Shown: piece by piece, positions 43,731-58,690 of the stretch
Position numbering within the stretch: position 1 is the first letter of the stretch
Layout of the letters: each line of letters starts with the position of its first letter
Origin: the human T2T-CHM13v2.0 reference genome, Homo sapiens
Strand: one strand, 5' to 3'
Assembly: GCF_009914755.1 (NCBI RefSeq)
Contig: NC_060928.1
DNA: 64,000 nucleotides
Notes under the pieces: generated by a model
Database searches by the model: none
What the model was told of the DNA's origin: nothing
The model's input: only the letters and a program-made list of their open reading frames with translations
Position numbers and translations under genes: made by a program

Positions 43731-44841
43731 CAATTGACCGTTGATCAACATGGGTTTGAACTGCATGTTCCACTTATATGCGGGTTTTTTTCAATACGTA
43801 TGTTGAAAAATATTTTGGAGATTTGCCACAATTTTTTAAAAGTCACAATAAACCACAGACTAGAAATGCTGAAAAAAATAAGAAAAATTAACTATATCAT
43901 GAATGTATAAAATATATGTAGACACTAGTTTATCATTTACTACCTTAAAATATACACAAATCTATTATCAAAAGTCAAAATTTATTAAAATTTATACACA
44001 CAGAGCCAGTATATGGTACTATTTGCAGTCAAGAGAAATGTAAACAAATGTAAAGATGCAGTATTAAAACATAACTCCATAAAATTAACTGTAGTCTGCA
44101 TAAAAATAACTGCATAATTATAACTGTAGTATACTACGGTGATAATTTTGCAGCCACCTCCTGTTGCTATTGTGATGAGCTCAAGTGTTTAAGTACCCAC
44201 CTGAAACCCCATGTGACACTAATCATCTCCACGTGAGCAGTTCATCTCTCCAGTAAGTTGCATATGGCAGTAAAAAGTGATGTCTCTGTTCCCATGTATT
44301 TTTCATCGTGTTGAGTGCAATACCATAAACCTTGAAAAACACCACAGGACACATACTAAGTGCTACTAGGGATGCTGGAAGTGCTCCCAAAAAGCAGAGA
44401 AAAGTCATGACATTACAAGAAAAAGTTGAATTGCTTGATATATACCATAGATTGAGGTCTGTAGCTAAGGTTGCCTGCCATTCCAGACAGATGATTCATC
44501 TTGTAAATTTAAATTATATATAATTTGTAAATTTAAATTATATATAAACTTTATGATATCAGTAAATACAGTACAGTATTGTAAATGTAAGTTCTTTTCT
44601 TTATGCTTTTCTTAATAGCATTTTATCTAGCTTACTTTATTATAATAATACAGTATATAATACATATAACATACAAAGTATGTGTTAATCAATGGTTTAT
44701 GTTATCCATAAGGCTTCCAGTCAACAGTAGGCTACTATTATAGTAGTTAAGTTTTTAGGGAGTAAAAAGTTATAGATGAATTTTTAACCATGTGGGAGGT
44801 GGTTAGTGCCACTAACCCCAGTGTTGTTCAAGAGTCAACTG
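43731..44841 (+). mobile_element. Tigger2 deletion derivative (Tigger2b-like)
   Basis: TIRs caattgaccgttgatcaaca / tgttgttcaagagtcaactg, TA on both sides; transposase N-terminal remnant DAGSAPKKQRKVMTLQEKVELLD (ORF 44332-44523). Confidence 0.92.
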
Positions 44842-44844
44842 TAT

Positions 44845-45980
44845 TCATTTGCTCATTTATTCAAAGTACATTTAATGAGCAGTTATTATTGCCAGATACT
44901 ATGCTGCAGGATATAAACAAAGAGCTCATATTCCATGAAGCCTAGTAACAGCACACAAAGCAACTGTGAATATGGCAGTGTGAAATTCTGGAAAATGGGA
45001 CCTAGTGCCCCAGAGGTAAGGCAAAGTTGGAGCTGAAACTAAAAGTTTCCCTAGGTGGAGATGGAAGGAACGTCATCTAGGCATAAGGAACAGTATGTAC
45101 CAGAACATGAAGACATGAACTTGAATGTCATATTTGGGAAACTTGGAGAAGTTCAAGTGTAGTTGAGTTCTAAGTTGTATGGTCAGGAAAGTGAAGCTGG
45201 AGAGAGACAAATGGGGACCAAATCATGACGATTCTTATGCATCTTGACAAAGAATGTAAATTTTGCCCCATAGGTTGTAAGAAACCTAACAGAGGTTTCC
45301 AGTGTTGTAAGCAGGCCAGCATCTTTAATAGAAATAAAAGCCTTGGGATAAAGAACTAATACCAAAAATATATACATGTATATATCCAAATGTATATACA
45401 TATATGTCTATATATACACACATATATACATATATACACACATATATTTATATATTTGTATACATGTATATAAAAATATTAAATTTATATTCTAACATAA
45501 CTGTATAATATAAATTTATATATTACATGTATATATAAAATAAATAATATATATTTATATGTATATACGTGCTTAAAATAAAACTATATATATTTATATA
45601 AATTTAAATTTATATATAAATATATGAATATTATAGAGAGTTTGATTTTAAGTGTGTTGAATTGGAGGAGTCACCCAGGCCATCCATGTGGAAATGTTCA
45701 TTCAGTTCATAGTTACAGAAGTAACTGGTCTGTTGAAAGATGATTTCTGAAGTTGCTGCATAAAGGTAACTGATAAAGATTTCAGAATGGCTATGACATT
45801 CTGGGGAAGGTACAAAGCGAGAAAAGAAAAGGATCCTGAACTAAGCTATGTAAACCCTATATTCAAGAAGGCAGACCAGCCAGCCAAAAAAAGGTAGAAG
45901 GAGAACCAGCACACTGTAATGGTAAGGAAGCCAAGGCAAAGAGGATATCGGTAGCCTTAGGTTAATCAGAGGATGAAGAT
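44845..45980 (-). mobile_element. L2, interrupted by an AT-rich repeat
   Basis: attcatttgctcatttattc...tgccagatactatgct; gagtcacccaggcatccatgtggaaatg. Confidence 0.65.
45368..45635. repeat. (TA)-rich low-complexity tract with a 22-bp perfect palindrome (45595-45616)
   Basis: tatataaatttaaatttatata. Confidence 0.9.
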
Positions 45981-46899
45981 GGAGCTAATAGAAGCTGCTC
46001 AAACAACTCACGGTTAAGAGAGTCTGCAGGATGCTGAGCTTGGCAAAGGGAAAGAGACTGCAAGAAAGGAAGTGCCCAAAGCAGAAGACACACTCCCTCC
46101 CTTAAGAAACACAGTGTGTACCTGGAAAAGCATGGTTAATCTTCTTTCCAAAATAACAATTAATAAAAGACAAGACATAGTTCACTCTGTGGTATGTGGT
46201 ACATTTTATAAGAGCTGCAGAAAATCTGAGAAGGGCAGGTTTTCACATCAAGGAAGGTTTCATGGGTGAGTTTGACTTGCCACGGCCTTGAAGGACAGCA
46301 AAGAGCTGGCTGGGGAAACGAGACTACAATAGGCTACTCTAGCAGAAGGAAATTCCTAAGCTAAGGCTGAGAGTCAGGAATGAGTATGGTGTTTTAATGG
46401 GACAGCCAGGAACCCAAACTGTCTGGTAGGTCATCTGAATTTGGAAATGATAGGAAACAAGAAAGGATAGGTTGGAACGGGCTAGAATATAAAGAACCTT
46501 GAACAAGTCAGGTAGGAAAAATTGTGTTTGACAACCCCACCTTAAGTAGAAGCAGACAGACTATCACTTGTCTTTAGCTCCACCTGAGCCAGCTCATAGG
46601 CCTCCATTTACTCATTTATTCACTCATCCATCCAGTAAGTGATGAGCCAGAGGTTGAAGATATGAAGTTCAGGGAAGCTCAAGGGTCTGAAATCCTCCCC
46701 ACTCTTCCTTCCACCATAATTTGAGTGCCAGCCCAGGTCAGACACCGTACTAGAATTTAGTTCTACAAAGCCCAACACAAGCCACAGTCTGTCATCAGCA
46801 GGATCCCCTATAACTGTGCTTCTTCTCTGAACATTCCATACGTCTTTTGCTCTAACTAAGGCCTGGCTCTTCCCTAAGGACACCGCATTGCTTTCCCTG

Positions 46900-47900
46900 C
46901 AGTCTGCTCAATGGTGGCTGTTTCTCTACTAAACCCTCTAGGGCTAAAGGAGGAGTAGGTGTCCTATTTGTTCCTTATTGCTACTTCAAATCATTGTCTC
47001 CTTCTCTTCCCCTACACCCCACCATTGCCTGGAAATGTACGCCATCAGCACACACCAACCCCATCCCATCGTTTGGAGACCCTTGGGACTACTCTCTCCC
47101 ACTCCTAACCATTTCTTGATGAGATTGGCTTCTGGCTTGCTGTTTTCCTAGCATTACTGTCATAATTCTTGTCAGTTATCCCCAAAAATAGTCCTTCTAA
47201 TAATGTCTCTCCATTCCCTAGCCTCTTCTCCTCCAAGATCTTGTCTTCCATCTACCTCAAACATCTTGAGACCCTATCCTGATCAATTGCCGTAGCCCCT
47301 TTCTAGTCTCAATTTCCTCCTGCCCTCTGCCTCCCAATGGCTCACCTCACTGTCTCTAGTGTCCATTCTCCAGTGATTCTTTGCAGTTTCCTCAGTTCCC
47401 ATCTAGCCTTCTAGCCTAACTTAACCTCCATAGGCTAAGTCAGAAGTCTTCAGCTTCTTTGCTCTCCTGGCCTCTGTTATAGTCACCTGGAAAAACCCAA
47501 GCCCCAGTTAGACTGAATTCTGCCTTGCACCTGGGAAGTTGAATGTGGCTAGAGAAAAACACAAACCATGGTGATGGGTCCCACTCGAAGTATATGACAG
47601 CCATTCCCAAGCATGTCTGTGATGCTGCCTGGCACATGTACCACATTTCTCTCTGGTGTCCATTCTTCTACTGTCCTGAACAACCTACCATGCCTGCTTC
47701 TCCCTTCTGAAAACCCCAAACCTTCCATCTCTCTCATTATGCTCAAATGATATACTTAACACCTTATTTCACTGAGAAAATAGAAACAATCAAAAAAGCA
47801 CTTCCACACACACTCATCATCACATCTACTGATCTGTCGGCAGATGTACCCAAATATTCTGCCTCTCCCATTCTCTGAAAGAATACCTCGGCCGTATTCC
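46900..47900 (+). mobile_element. L2 internal (ORF2) remnant
   Basis: Pyrimidine-rich; gaaaacccaagcccc...tggctagagaaaaacacaaaccatg; cttatttcactgagaaaatagaaacaatc. Confidence 0.65.
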
Positions 47901-48339
47901 TAGCTAGGGTCAAGCTAGTCTTGGGATAATCACCCAGGGCTCTGGTGATCCTGGAACATTTCCACCAGGAGGTGGGATGGGAAGAATGGGAGGCTCTGTC
48001 AGGCAGAGGGAAAAGAGTGTGCAAGTGTAGAGACATGCTGGGGAGTGTCTGGGGGTCAGTGTGACTGGACCGTGCATGGGTGGCTTCCAGTCCAGTGGTG
48101 CACAAGCAGGTCTGTGTTGCACAGTGTTGAAGTATTCCAGGCAAAATGGGGAACACACAAACATGGGAGTCAAGCTGCCTTCATTTTAAAATGAAGCCTC
48201 AGCTTTGCCACCTAGAAGTTGGCTACTTCAGCAGAGTTTTTCATCTTGAAGGACAGGAGCTGTGTTAGTCTTGTTTACTCTGCATCCTTTATTCCCAGTG
48301 CCTGGAATATAGCAATATTGCTACAGAACATAGAATGGC

Positions 48340-48560
48340 ATCCAAAGTCACATCACCAGATTGGACTTCTGGTGCCAGCCTTTCCTATCTGTGTGACTTG
48401 AGGCAAACTATTTACTTTTCTGAGCTTTTATATCCTCATTCATAATATGGGGCTAATAACAGTACTTTTCCCTTACAGCATTGAAGGGTGAAATTCGGTA
48501 TGTGCGTAAGGCATAAGCACAGTGGCTGACACTTGGTGTTCAATAAGTGCTACAATATGA
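48340..48560 (+). mobile_element. MIR
   Basis: ctgtgtgacttgaggcaaactatttacttttctgagc...atggggctaataacagtac. Confidence 0.8.
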
Positions 48561-49734
48561 TTGTTTCAGGGCTCTATAATGGTGTTTTTTCACTAAATGA
48601 TCATCAATTTCTTCCTGTAACGCAGATTTCTTAAGCCCTACCTCTAGCAGTTTTGAGGATAAACACTTTATAAGTAGCTGAGCTAAGCTTGTCACATAGT
48701 AGGTTCCTTTTCATTCTTCTTCTCCTATTTGTTTTACCACTTAGCCAAAGACCAGCAGCTATCACTACCCTTGTGTGGGTGACAGGCTTTTATTGTGGGC
48801 TTCTGAGAAAAAACAAATTTCTCTATCTCTCCTTTCAGACGGTCCCTGCTGCTCTTGCTCTCTTTCTTCCTCTTCTTTGATGCCTTGTCTGAGCCTCTGG
48901 GTGGGGGCAGTGGGGAGGGTCTTGCCTTCTGCTCCGCTCTAGACTCTAAGATTACTGTTTTCATTTCCCTGACTGCTCAGTGACCGCGATGTGGCCCTCG
49001 GGGTGTGGGAGCCTGGGAGAGGGTGTGACCAGCAGGGATCCCATTAAAATACAGAGCAGTCATGCAGGCAAGCCTGCTTGGCTCCTTCCTGCCTGCTCTC
49101 GCCACCCCGCCCCCCAAAATATGATCATAACAGCACAGAGCTATAAAGTTTCTTTTCATAGCTCACATTGCCCGGATCCCTAACAAGGTGCTGACTGTCA
49201 AGAAGAAAAGGAGGACATTGTAAGGAGGGGAGCCAGGGAGGGAGTGGCAAGGAGAGGCAGTGTGGTACAGTGGAAAGATCCCCACCCAGCCTGTGAGCCA
49301 GAACCCAGGGATTCTTGCTAATTTGAGGCTACTTTCTTCCTCTTGAACCTCAGTTTCCCCATTTGTAAAATGAGGGCCTCGGTCTAGGTTGTTTTCATGT
49401 CCTTTCCAGCCTCTGTTTGCACCAAGTAGATCAGGAGGATGTGAATGCTCACTCCACAATCTGCCGCTTGTAAGTAATTTAGCTTTAACCAGCCCCAGGG
49501 TTTGGGATCTGGAATGAGGACACCAAGCCAAGGATTTTGAACCAAAGACACCTGCATCATCTTGGTCTGCTTTGGTTGTCAGTGAAACACTCAGATTGTT
49601 TCTGTGGCTTACTTCTTGCATAGCTCCTCAAAGACATTAGTTAGCAAGTATCAACTACACAGTAGTTGCTTGATAAATATCTGCCGAATTAATGAGTACA
49701 CACACAGAGCAAGATGGAGCTAGGTTCTTTTTTG

Positions 49735-50282
49735 TCATCCATTATTCATTTACTCACCATTTATTGGGTGATTATTATGTGGGTCTGGAGATGCATTAAG
49801 GAACAAACCAGACCAAGACCCTGGCCTCATGAAGTTTGTTATAATGGGAAGACAAGAAAATATATAAATGAAAAAAATAATCACTTGCTGGAAGGTGATA
49901 AGTGCTAGAGGAGAAATAAAAGAAGGTTAGGTGATAAGGGATAGGGAGAGAGTAGGGCATCAGTTTCTATGTAGTGTTATCAGGGAAGGACTCCTGGATA
50001 TGGTGACATTTGAGCAGAGACTTAAAAGAAATCAAAGAGCAGCCAAGGAGATATCTAGAGAAATAGCCTGCCAGGTAGAAATGGTAGTGAGTACAAAGTC
50101 CCTGAGGCAGGAGGCTGCTTGGTGCATTGAAGAAGCAGCAGGGAGGTCTGTGGAGCTGGAGCAAAATGAGTAAGATAGAGGCCAACAGATGACATCAGAA
50201 GGTCAGTGCTGGGTGCAGATCACAGCGAGGATTTGACTTGTACTGTGATCAAGACTGGCATCCATGGGGGGTGTTTTGGGCA
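49735..50282 (-). mobile_element. L2, continuing at 52373-52400 and after 55500
   Basis: attcatttactca...ccctggcctcatgaagttt...ggtgacatttgagcagagac. Confidence 0.8.
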
Positions 50283-52372
50283 TGTATTAGTCCATTTTCA
50301 TGCTGCTGATAAAGACATAACTGAGACCGGGTAGTTTACAAAAGAAAGAGCTTTAGTTGGACTCACAGTTCCACGTGGCTGGAGAGGCTTCACAATCATG
50401 CCAGAAGGCAAGGGGGGAGCAAGTCACATCTTACACAGAGCCAAACCATATCCTTCAGCCCCTGGTGCCTCCCGAATCTTATATCTTCACATTCTAAAAC
50501 CAATCATGCCTTCCTAACAGTCCCCTAAAGTCTCAACTCATTTCAGCATTAACTCAAAAGTCCACAGTTCAAAGGCTCATCCAAGACAAGGCAAGTGCCT
50601 TCCACCTATGAGCCTATAAAATCAAAAGCAAGTTAGTTACTTCCTAGATACAAGAGGTACAGACAGTGGGTAAATGCAGTCATTCCAAATGGGAGAAATT
50701 GGCCAAAACAAAGGGGTTACAGGCCCCACGCAAGTCTGAAATACAGCGGGGCAGTCAAATCTTAAAGCTCCAAAATGATCTCCTTTGACTCCATGTCTCA
50801 GATCCAGGTCATGCTGATGCAGGAGGTGGGTTTCCATGGTCTTGGGCAGCTCTGCCCATGTGGGTTTGCAGGGTATACTCCCCCTCCTGACTGCTTTCCT
50901 GGGCTGGCATTGTCTGCGGCTTTTCCAGTCACATGGTGCAAACTGTTGGTGGATCTGCTATTCTGGGGTCTGGAGGACGGTGGCCCTCTTCTCGCAGCTC
51001 TACTTTGCAGTGCCCCAATAGGGACTCTGTGTGGGAGCTCCAACCCCACATTTCCCTTCTGCACTGCCCTAGCAGAGGTTCTCCATGAGTACCCACCCCC
51101 TGCAGCAAACTTCTGCCTGGCCATCCAGGCATTTCCATACATCTTCTGAAATCTGGGAGGAGGTTCCCAAACCTCAATTCTTGAGATCTGTGCACTCGCA
51201 GGCTCAACACCATGTGGAAGCTGCCAAGACTTGGGGCTTCCACCCTCTAAAGTAACAGCCTGAGCTCTACGTTGGCCCCTTTCAGCCATGGCTGGAGTGG
51301 CTGGGACACAGGTCACCAAGTCCCAAGGCTGCACATAGCACAGGAACCCTGGGCGCAGCCCACGAAACCACTTTCTCCTCCTGGGCCTCCAGATCTGTGA
51401 TGGGAGGGACTGCCATCAAGGTCTCTGACATGGCCTAGCGACATTTTCCCCATGGACTTGGGGATTCACATTGGGCTCCTTGCTAATTATGCAAATTTAT
51501 GCAGCTGGCTTGAATTTTCTCAAAAAAAAATGGATTTTTCTCTTCTGCATCATCAGGCTGCAAATTTTCTGAAATTTTGTGCTGTTTCCCTTTTAAAACT
51601 ACATGCTTTTAACAGCACCCAAGTCACCTCTTGAATGCTTTGCTGCTTAAAAATTTCTTCCACCAGATACTCTAAATCATCTCTCTCAAGTTCAAAGTTC
51701 CACAAATCTCTAAGGTAGGGGCAAAATGCCTCCAGTCTCTTTGCTAACACATGGCAAGAGTCACCTTTGCTCCAGTTCCCAACAAGTTCCTCATCTCCGT
51801 CTGAGACCACCTCAGCCTGGATTTCATTGTCCATATCATTATCAGCATTTTGGTCAAAGCCATTCAACAAGCCTCTGTGGAATTCCAAACTTTCCCACAT
51901 TTTCCTGTCTTCTTCTGTGCCCTCCAAACTGTTCCAACCTCTGCCTGTTACCCAGTCCCAATGTCGCTTCCACATTTTCAGGTATCTTTTACTGGTACCA
52001 ATTTACTGTATTAGTCCTTTTCACACTGCTGATAAAGACATACCTGAGACTGAGAAATTTACAAAAGAAAGAGCTTTAATTGGACTCACAGTTCCACGTG
52101 GCTGGGGAGACCTCACAATCATGGCAGAAGGCAAGGAGGAGCAAGTCACATTGTACATGGATGGTGGCAGACAAAGAGAGAGCTTGTGCAGAGAAACTCC
52201 TATTTTTAAAACCATCATATCTCACAAGACCCATTTTCTGTCACAAGAACAGCACAGGAAAGACCCACCCCCATGATTCAGTTATCTCCCACCGGGTCCC
52301 TCCCATAACATGTGGGAATTATGGGACCTACAAGATGAGATTTGGGTGGGGACACAGAGCCAAACCATATCA
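50283..52372 (-). mobile_element. THE1A-like provirus: deleted 3' LTR 50283-50453, internal, intact 5' LTR 52007-52372
   Basis: TSD gggca/gagca; THE1-int peptide DNDMDNEIQAEVVSDGDEELVGNWSKGDSC; LTR end tacaagatgagatttgggtggggacacagagccaaaccatatca. Confidence 0.93.
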
Positions 52373-52606
52373 GAGCAGATCAGAGACAGGACCTGATATA
52401 CAGTCATGCACTGTATAACAATGTTTTGGAAAATGATGGAGCACATATATGATGGTCTCAAAAGTTTATAATGGAATTGAAAAATTCCTATTGCCTAGTG
52501 ACATTGTAGCCTTCGTAATGTCATCACTCGGGTGTCTGTGGTGATGCTGGTATAAAAAAACCTACAGAGCTGCCAGTCACATAAAAGTATAGCACATACA
52601 AATATG

Positions 52607-52978
<372 letters not shown>

Positions 52979-53465
52979 TTATAGTTTTTATTGTTACTTT
53001 AAAATATACTCCTTCTACTTTCAAAAAAAAAAAAAGTTATGTGTAAAACAGCCTCAGACAGGTCCTGGAGGAGGTATTCCAGAAGAAGGCCTTGTTATCA
53101 TAGGAGATGACACTCCCATGCATGTTGCTAACCCAAAGACCTTCTAGCGGGACAAGATGTGGAGGTGGAATACAGTAATATGAATGATCTTGACCCTGTG
53201 TAGGCCTAGGCTAATGTGTGTGTTAGTGTCTTACTTTTTAACCAAAACAATTTTTTAAAGTAACTTTAAAAAATTAAAAAAAGAAAAAAGCTTATTTAAT
53301 AAGAATATAAAAAATAAAATATTTTTATACAGCTATACAATGTTTTTCAATTATAAGCTAAGTGTTATAAGTGTCAAAAAGTTTTTTTAAGAAATTAAAA
53401 ATTTATAAAGTAACAAGTTACAATAAGCTAAGATTAATTTATTATTGAAGAAATTAAAAAAAAAA

Positions 53466-53791
<326 letters not shown>

Positions 53792-54324
53792 TAAATGTCA
53801 GTATTTATAAAGTCTATAGTAGTGTATAGTAATATCCTAGGCCTTCACATTCACTCACCACTCACTCACTGACTCACTCAGTGCAACTTCTAGCCCTGTA
53901 AGCTCAATTCATGGTAAATGTCCTATATAGGTATATCATTTTTAAAATTTTTTTTCATTTGTTCTTTTTTGTAAGATTTTACTAAATTGCATGCCTCTCA
54001 ATAATTTGAAAACACAAAATTTTCAAAGCTGATGATTTCCTACAGAATTAACATCACCCTTAAGTTTAACCCTTTGGTGTTACAGTGGTTCATCATGTAC
54101 ATAACTCTCTTTTTATTTTAAGGGCGGGTTAGTCTAATCGACGTTTATAATTTATACAGTAAAATTAAATTTGTTAACAAAATTAACAATTTTAGGATAC
54201 TTTAATGAGTGACTCATTTATAAAAGAAAATAATAAAAATTACAGTATCTCATTGATAATTTAGCAGATATTTTAACTGACTTATTTTTTCTTATATTGT
54301 AACACTATGAATTACATAAAAACA

Positions 54325-54527
54325 GGCCGGGCGCGGTGGCTCATGCCTGTAATCCCACCATTTTGGTAGGCCGAGGCAGGCGGCTCATGAGGTCAGGAGA
54401 TCAAGACCATCCTGGCTAACACAGTGAACCCTCGTCTCTTACTAAAAAAATACAAAAAATTAGCCAGGCATGGCAGCGTGTGCCCAAGTAATCCCAGCTA
54501 CTTGGGAGGCTGAGGCAGGAGAATGGC
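54325..54527 (+). mobile_element. 3'-truncated AluY-like element
   Basis: ggagatcaagaccatcctggctaacac; stops at gagaatggc. Confidence 0.9.
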
Positions 54528-54667
54528 TATATATACACATATACATATACATATATGTACATATACATATACATATATACATATACATATATACATATAC
54601 GTATGTGTGCATATACATATATACATATACGTATATGTGCATATACATATACATATATACATATATA
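54528..54667. repeat. (CATATA)n-type microsatellite
   Basis: Seen directly. Confidence 0.95.
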
Positions 54668-54768
54668 GTAGTCATTGCTAAACAATGTAAACAACTGTAA
54701 AACAAAATGTTTCTTTGACTGTATTCACATCTACTTTGCTATTTTAGTAATGAAAATTCCCTCAACAA

Positions 54769-54900
54769 TTTTTTTCCAACTTTTAAGTTCAGGGGTACCT
54801 GTGCAGGATATGCAGCTTTGTCAAATAGGTAAATGTGTGCCATGGTTGTTTGCTACACAGGTTATCCTGTCACCCAGTTATTAAGCCCAGCATCCACTAG
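54769..54900 (-). mobile_element. Short L1PA (about PA10-PA15) 3' UTR terminus
   Basis: ccaacttttaagttcaggggtacctgtgcagg...attaagcccagcatccactag. Confidence 0.88.
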
Positions 54901-55014
54901 GATTTAAAATCCTTTATACCATATTTTTACTGTACTGTTTCTATATTTAGATATATTAAGATATAAAAATCACACGCTGTGCAGGTTTGTAGCCTAGGTG
55001 TGTGGTAGGCTATA

Positions 55015-55387
55015 TGTATTAGTCTGTTCTCACGTTGCTATGAAGAAATACCCAAGACTGCGTAATTTATAAAGAAAAGAGGTTTAATTGACCTCAGTTC
55101 CATGTGGCTGGGGAGGCCTCGGGAAACTTACAAACGTGGCGGAAGGGGACACAAACACGTCCTTCTTTACATGGTGGCAGGAGAGATAAGTGCCTAGCAA
55201 AAGGGGAAAAGCCCATTATAAAATCATCAGATGTTGTGAGAACTCACTCACTATCATGAGAACAGCATGGGAGTAACCAACCCCATGATTCAATTACTTC
55301 CCACTGGGTCCCTCTCACGACATGTGGGGATTATGGGGACTGCAATTCAAGATGAGATTTGGGTGGGGACACATCCAAACCATATCA
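55015..55387 (-). mobile_element. THE1D-like solo LTR
   Basis: tgtattagtc...aaaccatatca; perfect TSD ctata at 55010-55014 and 55388-55392. Confidence 0.92.
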
Positions 55388-56143
55388 CTATATCATCTAG
55401 GTGTGTGTAAGTACACTCTGTGATGTTTGAACAATAATGAAATCTCCTAATGACACACTTCTCAGAAGGTATCTCAGTGGTTAAGTGACACATGATTGTA
55501 TTTTAAAAGCCAAATTTGCAAAGTGAGGAAAGAATATCAGCAGGAAAATCAACTAGGGGAGCTAATAAAATAATGCAGGGAAGGAAGATACTGAATTAAA
55601 CAACATAGTGAGAGAGAGGTAGTAAGAAAGGATCAGATCCAGGATACATATTCAAAATTGAGTCAGGTCAGTTTGCATCTCCCCTGTGCTGCCACCTTTT
55701 CAAGGGTTGATAACTCCTTTCTCCAACTAGATGATCTGTTCTTTGAAAGCAATTATGCTGTCATATTTCTGGGTAGCTACCAAATATTTGGCATATTTAC
55801 TCAACAAAATGTTGGCCCCTTATAAACCTCTGTTCATTTAATGCAGTTTAACTGATGTTTACTAAGCATCGTTCTCCACCCTCCACCCCAGCATCACATG
55901 CTCAATTCAAATGGAACTTCCTCCAGTTCCTCCAGGTTCTGATTCCATATCCTTGACAGATGGGATGAGGGTGGTAGGTAGAGAGACACACAGAGTTAAG
56001 GAAGTATAAGAAAATATTTGTTGACTTTTTAAATAATGGGAAATAAATGAATATTTTTACATGCTGATAGGAAGCACCAATCAAGAAAACAGGTTGTCGA
56101 CAAAAGCATCAGAGAAGAAATACATGAAACAGGAAGGTCATGA

Positions 56144-56464
<321 letters not shown>

Positions 56465-56719
56465 GAGAACATTTTAAAGAGGAAAGGCAAGGCAAGGATG
56501 CATGCCAGTTTTTAGGTTTCATAACCAAAAATGGAGATGATTACTTTTTTATGTGATAAGCATTACTACAGGTGGAAGTGGAGGTTTAAAAAGAGAGAAG
56601 AATGTTAGAAATATCTACTGGAGAACAAACAAGAAACCTGAAAAGTGAAGCAGCATGTAGTTTCTGGGCAGCATTGAGGCATCTCTTGAGGTGCCTTAAT
56701 TTAAATGCATTAATTTATA

Positions 56720-57737
<1,018 letters not shown>

Positions 57738-58129
57738 TAGTTCAGCCTGTAGGGTAGTCCAGCTCCAGACTGTGCGTGTAGCCAGAGTTTGGATGAGCTG
57801 GTGGAGATGTGTGAGGGTCTGAGCCTTATGTGCTTGCACAGGCATCCCTTGATCAGGCTCAGGCCAGAGGAAGTAAAGCTTTGCTGAGATACCTGCTTCA
57901 CCGACCATAATCTTTTACTGGTCTCTAGCCTATAAGGGTCTAGGTGGAAAAGTTTATGTCAGCTTTAAGTATAAAGTAGCCAGTTTATAATCTGAAGTCA
58001 AGTTTGACAGTCAGACCAACTGAAGAGATAGTGTATTTGGTAGATTTTGTGGCTCATGGATGAAATGATCAGAAACCAGTTAGCTGGTAAACATCACTGC
58101 AGCCACAAAGAAGAATGACACAGAGATGT

Positions 58130-58690
58130 GGAGGTGGCCTGGGGAAGATGGGTGTGCACCAGCTGGAGGGGATGGGATTGAGCAGAGTCTTGAAGGACAC
58201 CAAGGCTCTGGACAGATGTAGGAAAAGAGGAAAAATATCCTAGGCAGAGAGAATACCATAACCATATTGGCAAGAAGCTACCAGTTAAGGAAACTACTTC
58301 TTAGAAGACTTGATCTTCCCAGATGTTCTGCTTGACTTAGAGACTAACAAGGTCTCACAGAAAGCTCAAGGTTGAACTGAGGACCTATATAAAAATCTGG
58401 ACATTATGTTGTAAGGAATGGGAAGTCATGAGTGGTTTCTGAGCAGATATGTGATAGGATCAGAGTTGTGCTTCCAGAAGATTCACCTTGCATAAATGGG
58501 TGAGATGGAGGGACACAGGGTAAGAATTGCAGCTAGATCATTTATAAGGCCACAGTAGTTGCCTGAGAGAGGCACAGAATCCTGAATGGGGAGAGGAATT
58601 GTGGGGATGGAGAGAAGAGAGCAGACACAAAAGATTTTGACAGAGGTAGGCACAATAGGACTTGAATGCCAAAATAAATATGAGCCATCA
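58130..58690 (-). mobile_element. L2 fragments
   Basis: gagcagagtcttgaagga...cctaggcagagagaa; gaatgggaagtcatgagtggtttctgagcag. Confidence 0.65.

Noticed and set aside
44332-44523. Transposase-like peptide as a TIGD-type gene
   Set aside because: Only ~40 residues of the N-terminus survive, in an internally deleted Tigger2.
50775-52418. Cluster of 100-178 aa ORFs
   Set aside because: They are fragmented THE1 internal and LTR sequence with stops and frameshifts.
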